A stretch of DNA of 64,000 nucleotides, taken from the NCBI GenBank assembly GCA_951406725.2, contig OX597820.1, forward strand, positions 41,044,001-41,108,000, written 5' to 3'. A program made the translations under genes and the position numbers. A model generated the notes under the pieces. That model was not told the DNA's origin and did not search any database. It was given only the letters and a program-made list of their open reading frames with translations. The stretch comes from Octopus vulgaris. Its lineage: Eukaryota. Within the stretch, counting starts at the first letter, position 1. Each line of letters opens with the position of its first letter. Of the stretch, positions 56,770 to 64,000 are shown one piece after another.

Positions 56770-58489
56770 TACAGCACGCACGCGCGCACACACACACACA
56801 CAACACACATGCTTACGATTAAAGCATTATTATATTTTCCCTATCAGCATAAAACTCAAGACCACGTTATCCAACGTGACCCATTTTTTATGGGGATACA
56901 TTCTGATCTGAAAGAGATTTGTCTGTTATTTCTAGAAGGTCAAGTGAGGGTGTAGAGACTCTCACGTTACTTTGCATACATAGTAATTAAATACTGTAAT
57001 TAATAAAAGAATACATAACTCACACGCGTATAGACATGAGCACGCGCAAATTGTTCAATATACGCTAATGCCATTAACTGCAGATGATACACTACCCTCC
57101 CTTTCACAGCTTTGTACCAAAATCATTGAAATACCATTAAAAATAACGCTATTAAAATGGCAGACACGGCAGAGTATGTCTTGAATTTTTAAAGTTACGT
57201 TCTTTGTGGTTCCGTGTTCAAATCCCACATTATCCAGTTTATACCTGCAAGGTTGATGAAATAAATACCAGACAGCCGTGTATTAATGTCTATTCTATCC
57301 ATCAGACTCATACTTTACTTATTTCATGGTGTGGTGTGGTGTGGTGTGGTTGTATTGCCCACATATGAAGAAATTATCAATGATACGGCGGCCATTCTTG
57401 TTACTATGTAGCCCCGGGTTAGCAAAGATATAGATGATTACTGTGGAAGCAGTGACGGGTATAAGCATACTGATGACGTCAAGGGTGACAGTAGTGCAAA
57501 CTTCCTTTGCTCTTGTTGTTGTTGTTATTGTTAGTGGTGATGGTGATGGTGATGGTGATGGTTGTGGTAGTGGTGGCGGTGATGATAGTGAGGTGGTGTA
57601 CGCAGTGCGTATACGCTGTGCATGTAATATTGTGGTTGTTGGGATAGTACATGAGCAGGTAGTGGTGTGGTTGACTATCCGTGGTTGCAGTGGTAGTAAT
57701 GGTGGTGGTTGTTGCAGTGGTTGTTAGTGGCGGCGTCAGTAAATCTTTGCAAGTTGCAAGAAGCAAATGGGACAGAGAGAAAAAAAAGAAAGAATGAAAG
57801 AAAGAGAGGGGGGTGAGAAAGAATGAGAGAAGCTGGAAAGAGAAAAATTGAAGAATCGATGGAAGTATGGAAGAAGGCAAGAGGAAAGAATGATTTGCAG
57901 ATGAAATACAAGCAAAAGAGATTGAAGAATGATGTAGCACCCCTAGGGATAGGAAGATAAAAGAATAAAATAAATACAGAATAAATTTTAAAAATACAAT
58001 GAAATATATACGTTAGGAAGATTTAACTCCACCCTAGGAAAAAAGCGACAAATAATCATATTAATAGAAAAAAAAAGTTATGTGTTCATGAGATGGAGAA
58101 GCTTACAAGGAGAACATGGGGGAGAAAAAAACGAAGGAACTAAATAATACAGAAACGGTTAATACGACACGCCACCTCTCTCCAGAAAAAAAAAATAATA
58201 ATGATAAAAATAAAGAAAAAACAAGGAAGAGGAAAGGGTTAATAGTGGAGGGTGAACATCACATGGGGGGCAAACACAAATGTTATGTGATACGAGCAGG
58301 TGGTGCGAAGTGGGAGATGATGGTGCGCAGTAGCGTGTGGTCGGTGTGTGGGTAGGGGTGTGTGAAATAACTTGGAAAAGATGAATTCTGTTTGTGATTG
58401 AGAGATGCGAAGTGGGAGGGAAAATTCATGAGGAAGCTTATCCAAGAGATACTACTGAATGAGGAAGTAACATGGGGCTATGTATTTTC

Positions 58490-58695
<206 letters not shown>

Positions 58696-59829
58696 TTTAA
58701 ACTGGGGTTTGTTTTGCGTGTTTGTTTTTTTGTTTGCTTTGCGATATTTTAAAATTCCCGTTTTTGTTTTTTCTCTTTTATGTTTTTGTTTCGTTTTTTG
58801 TTTCCTTTTTCTTGTAAATTTATTTTCTAATGCATTTCTTACAACTGAAAGGTCTAGCTAGAGACAAGGAGGTGCGGGATAAATAAAATTTAGTACTTCC
58901 TTATAGGGAACTTATAGGGAATTCTCTACATAATACATGTCTATGGAGAAATGAGACTGGTTGTTGTTCATGCCTTTCTGAAAGCAGCCAACGAATTGCA
59001 ATCTAATTACTCAAAGCCTGGATGACAACAATTTTTAGTCTTCCCTGTTTCGTATAAAAAAGTTTTACTGGAAGCTGCAAAGTTCCTTGTTTTTTCGGCG
59101 TAATTCCAAAAATCAATTACGGAAACCAAGTTGTGAAATTTATCACGGTGAGACTTTTTTTTATGATTGCTTCTGGCCCTCAATTCTTGATGGAGTTTCG
59201 GGTATGCAAGCTGTGGCACACGATGCAGTTGTGACAGAGCACGTTGGATACTACTGATTTCTTTCAGAATGGGAAGATTGTAGAAGAAAGGGATCGACCC
59301 CACGTAGCACAAGACTAAGTACATTATTTAACAATCCCGAAAGGATTCCTCAGTGGCATTCCAGTGCTGAGAGCAGAAACGAAAACTGCAATCTTTTCAG
59401 TACGCTAACGATTCGATCAGATCGCCGTCTGACAATACGTAACTTATTGCAGAGTGACGTTAGAACATGACTATAAGCTAAGTAAAGAAATATTCGTTAT
59501 GCAAAAACAAAAACAAAAAAGAATAAGTTTCAAGCTTTTTATCCAAGTCAAACCATTAACTCTACGTCTAAACGCCTGGAGATGAATTAGTACCATTGTC
59601 ATTTTTCGAAGTATTCACTTCATCTTTAGTGATAATAGATGTTTCAGTATTTGGATATATGCACCGCATTTCGATCGTCATCAGTTGTATCTTGTGCCTG
59701 TGATCTACTACCCCCAGTAACAATGATCTGAAACTTAATTCCAAGGTTACATGATTTGTAGGAGAAGTAAGGTTTAGTCGATTAAAGGATGAAAGGGAAT
59801 GTCAACCGCTGCCGAAACCTGAATATAGT

Positions 59830-60048
59830 AATGGTTTCAAATTTTTGCAAAAGACCAGCAATTTCGGAGGAAGTCAAGTCAATTGCACCGACCCTACAAT
59901 TTTCAAGTGTTACTTATTTTATCGACTCCGAAATGTTGAAAGGAAGAGTTGACCCTTGCGAACTTTGAACTCAGAACGTAAGGCCGAAAGAAATTCCGCT
60001 AAGCATTCCTCCACCCCACCCCGGTGCGGTAACAATTCCGCCAGCCCG
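59830..60048 (-). mobile_element. SINE family C, diverged
   Basis: Minus: gggctggcggaattgttacc ... ctgagttcaaagttcg ... ttcggagtcgataaaataagtaac. Confidence 0.75.
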
Positions 60049-60074
60049 TTTCCTTATAAACGTAAATATAACAA

Positions 60075-60290
60075 TCTTTTCTACTACAGGCGCGAGGCCA
60101 GAAATTTCAGGAGATGGACTAAGTCGATTTTATCGACCCCAGTTGCTCAACTAGTACTTATTTTATCAACCCGAAAGGGTGAAAGGCAAAGTCGACCCTG
60201 GCGGCATTTGAACTCAGTACGTAATAAAAGGCGAAATACCGACTAAGCATTGTGCCAAGCATGCTAACAATTCTGCGAGACCCCGCCTTA
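60075..60290 (-). mobile_element. SINE family C, full-length
   Basis: Minus: aaggcggggtctcgcagaattgttagc ... ctgagttcaaatgccgccagggtcgactttgcctttcaccctttcggg. Confidence 0.85.
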
Positions 60291-60299
60291 TGAACGCGA

Positions 60300-60352
<53 letters not shown>

Positions 60353-60708
60353 GATTAAAAACAAAACGCATATATATGCATTGTGGTGAGTAACTTATTA
60401 ATATTACTTTTTTATGCACATGAAACACACATATTTAGGACGCCAATGTAAAGAGTTTCATCATAAAACGACTTGCTAAAAAGCCAACCAATCCTAAATA
60501 AACTCACACAAAAGACATTCCTATTGAACTTTGCACTTTGGCTTAACGTAATGTTGACTTCACTGTTTGAAGCCTGGTCAACCTAACAGCGGGTGATATA
60601 CTCATTAATACACACACACACACACGTACACACACACATACACACACACTCGTACACACGCGCATGTACAGCTACACACACATGCATATATATGCACATG
60701 TGTGCCTG

Positions 60709-60787
<79 letters not shown>

Positions 60788-60806
60788 CAGATAGATAGAT
60801 AGATAT

Positions 60807-60887
<81 letters not shown>

Positions 60888-62203
60888 AAAATGTAATCTC
60901 GAGAAACCTCAACTTAAGGAGGGTCAGCTGTGAATATTATATGCATCTGTGTATTCGTGTTTGTGCCCATGTTTGTGCGCGTGTGTGTATACATATATGC
61001 ACACATATATTATTGTATATATGTATATATGCATACATATGTATCCACTGCCACGAATACTCACACACAGACTCTCATTCAGAATAACCGTCCAGAGATA
61101 TCATATATGAAGGGGACATTTTAGATCCCTTTATTTTTTAACCTTTCCTTTGTGATGTGAACTGCTGGGACCGGTCGATAGTTTGTTAACCTGATTAATA
61201 ATCAATAAATAAATGAATTGCTTGCATGATTATGTGTGATATAAATGACTGCGTTGGTGTGTAGATGCATATTTTCGTGTAAGTGCATGCGTGTGCATGT
61301 ACGGGTGATTGTGTTCGGGTGTATCTGTGTTTGTGAATAATAGATATGCATTAAATGTGTATACGTACACGTCATTTGTGCCTCATCAAAAATGTATGCG
61401 CACTCATACTGCCTAATATCGTGTCGTGACTGGAGAGAAAAAAGGGAAAGAGGGAAAGAGGGAAAGAGGGAGAGAGAAAGAGAAGGAGAGAGAGGGAGAG
61501 TTTGAGTGTGTGTGTGTAGACGTAGAGAGGAAGATGTAAACAGTTAGAGGGACAAAGGAGAGAGTAAATGGCAACAAAAGAGAAAGTGAAACAATAGAAG
61601 AGATGGATAAATATATATAAGAAGGAAAAAAAAAACAAATGAAGGAACAAAGGAATGAAGAAAAAAGAAAGGAAAATTGGATGAATGAAGTAGAGAAGGA
61701 AAGAACGAACGGTGTACATGACTTCTAAATTGTAACTGTTGAAATGCACAGCGCTCCTCGACTGTATGTCAGCGTGTGCAAACATATTTACATGTTAGGC
61801 GCTCTATCGCAGTGTGATAGGTTGAAATGTTTGTCGATATTCTTATATAAAAATATGTCTCTTTAATTTTGGTTGAGCTGTCTTTGGCTAATATGCTACT
61901 TTATGTTTGAAGAAGTAAATTTGTAGGCTGGAAAGTGTATTAACCTCTCGGTCGAATAGTTTTCTGTTCTTATACTGTCACAAACACAGCGCTGCATTCA
62001 CGGAGATACGCTGAGATTCTCAATTCATACCACTTATATAGACAGGAGAGCAACAGACTCAGATAATATACACTATTATCCTGCCATCATTAGCATTACC
62101 ACGTCCATCAGCATCAATACCACCTTCATAATTATCACCAATAGCATCACCACTATTATCATTATCACAGCACCCAGCAACACCGTTTGTAACCAGCACC
62201 ACC

Positions 62204-62253
<50 letters not shown>

Positions 62254-62834
62254 CATCATCGTCGATACCATTATCGCGACAGCTATCATCACTGCCATAG
62301 CAACCATCATCACCACAAGAATCACTATCAGTACTTTCATCGTCATCTTCATCACCATGGCCATCACCAACACCAACACCAACACCACCATTTATAGCAA
62401 CGCCTCAACAATCATTATCACCCTCAACATCAAAATTACCAGAACCAAGAAGCTAGTGACTAACTGACATTTGTTAGTCTCAACCTGTATGTTATACGTA
62501 TTTCCGTTATGTTCGGCAGCTCTGAGGGCTCAGCATTATTAATTCTCTCGTACAACCACCAAAAACAAAATTCAATACTTTACACCTGAGCCAGAATGTT
62601 TATGTCTTTTGGAAGGACAATAATGGTGCATATAAAGTGAAACGATTTCAACCAAGAATCGAAGCCGAAAAGCGGGCTTCAGCATGAACATCACACACCT
62701 CAGTTTTCGCCTTTGTATGAGAAGCTGTGCTGCATACTGTCTTAAAAGAAACGAATATAATATAGGCAAAATACTATGACTTGCTCCGTAGAACTCAAAC
62801 CAAAAGATGAAATCGATTCGAGGATAAACAAAAT

Positions 62835-63006
62835 AGGCGCAGGAGTGGCTGTGTGGTAAGTAGCTTGCTAACCAACCAGATGGTTCCGGGTTCAGTTCCA
62901 CTGCGTGGCATCTTGGGCAAGTGTCTTCTGCTATAGCCCCGGGCCGACCAATGCCTTGTGAGTGGATTTGGTAGACGGAAACTGAAAGTAGCCTGTCGTA
63001 TATATG

Positions 63007-63039
<33 letters not shown>

Positions 63040-63250
63040 TTGTGTGTCTGTGTTTGTCCCCCTAGCATTGCTTGACAACCGATGTTGGTGTGTTTACGTC
63101 CCCGTCAATTAGCGGTTCGGCAAAAGAGACCGATAGAATAAGTACTGGGCTTACAAAGAATAAGTCCCGGGGTCGATTTTGCTCGACTAAAGGCGGTGCT
63201 CCAGCATGGCCGCAGTCAAATGACTGGAACAAGTAAAAGAATAAAAGAAT
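62835..63250 (+). mobile_element. SINE family B, full-length, young (reference copy)
   Basis: tRNA-like head aggcgcaggagtggctgtgtggtaag..gggttcagttcc, CORE-like cttgggcaagtgtctt, internal (TA)n(TG)n, tail (taaaagaa)n. Confidence 0.93.
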
Positions 63251-63581
63251 AATACCTTTTCTCTACACTGATAATGGTTAAGTGCTTGGGATCAGCTGCA
63301 TATTTCGTACCTTAATAAAAACAGAATGTTTTGTCTTCTCACTGATTTTTCAACAGCAGTTACAATGGCTCTCACACTCACTGGCGTCTTCTTCTCAGGA
63401 CTGTCATATTTTATATAATCTTCCCCTGATGTCCGCACTAACAATTTCCAAACCAAACATTCCTCCTCAAAACGACAGCCCTAAACTTGAATTTGTTCAT
63501 TAGGAGAAATATTAACAGTAAAGACCGTGGACACAGCCTTTTCTCATACACTCACACACACACACACATATATATATATAT

Positions 63582-63790
63582 GTTTGTGTCTATGTTTGTC
63601 CCGCACCATCGCTTGACAACTGATGTTGGTGTGTTTACGTTCCCGTAACCTAGCGGTTCGGCAAAAGACACCGATAGAATAAGTACTAGACTTACAAAGA
63701 ATAAGTCTTGGGGAGATATTTATTCGACTAAAGGCGGACCTCCAGCATGGCCGCAGTCAAATAACTGAAACAAATAAAAGAAGAAAAAAA
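63582..63790 (+). mobile_element. SINE family B, 3' half
   Basis: tgtttgtcccgcaccatcgcttgacaac ... ccagcatggccgcagtcaaataactgaaac. Confidence 0.88.
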
Positions 63791-64000
63791 GAATATATAT
63801 ACATATATAGATAAATAGATAGATAGATAGATAGATAGATATACATACATGCATGCATTCATACATACATACATACATACATACATACATACATACATAC
63901 ATACATACATACAGTCGTGTGTGAGTGTATATTTAGATGGACATCACGTAAGTGTTATATAATATAAGAGATTCTCTCTTAAATTACACAGCAGTAATAT

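Noticed and set aside
59007-59324. 105-aa minus-strand ORF in unique sequence
   Set aside because: No recognisable domain or convincing splice sites; its 5' end overlaps degenerate SINE-like sequence
59660-59690. Minus-strand CUGAUGA-CGAUC-GAAA as a hammerhead
   Set aside because: No room for stem II and no convincing stem I or III

Overview
Eukaryotic, very AT-rich DNA dominated by microsatellites. The repeat landscape (dense TA/TG/TAGA/TACA/ATT/GAT tracts, three abundant SINE families, hAT/mariner/pogo relics) suggests an Octopus (coleoid cephalopod) genome; this is an inference from recalled repeat families, not a database result. I find no intact host protein-coding exon: almost every ORF in the track is translated microsatellite. 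The only recognisable coding sequences are decayed transposons: a mariner transposase (30.8-31.65 kb), a non-LTR reverse transcriptase fragment (31.66-31.98 kb, minus) and a pogo-type transposase (34.35-34.9 kb). The most interesting signals are: (i) minimal Penelope-type hammerhead-ribozyme-like motifs, including a 226-bp fold-back element with one in each arm and a copy with a non-canonical core; (ii) closely spaced inverted SINE pairs that would form long dsRNA (possible ADAR substrates) if transcribed; (iii) a ~7-kb region without recognisable TEs around a CpG-rich candidate promoter at ~10.1-10.8 kb, with minus-strand splice donors; (iv) a compact GC-box/CCAAT/TTTAAA promoter-like cassette at 26.3 kb; (v) MITEs with clean 8-bp target-site duplications (TSDs). 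None of this demonstrates a new biological system; the window is most likely intergenic, intronic or 5'-regulatory DNA. Family labels A-E are my own working names and repeat boundaries are approximate.
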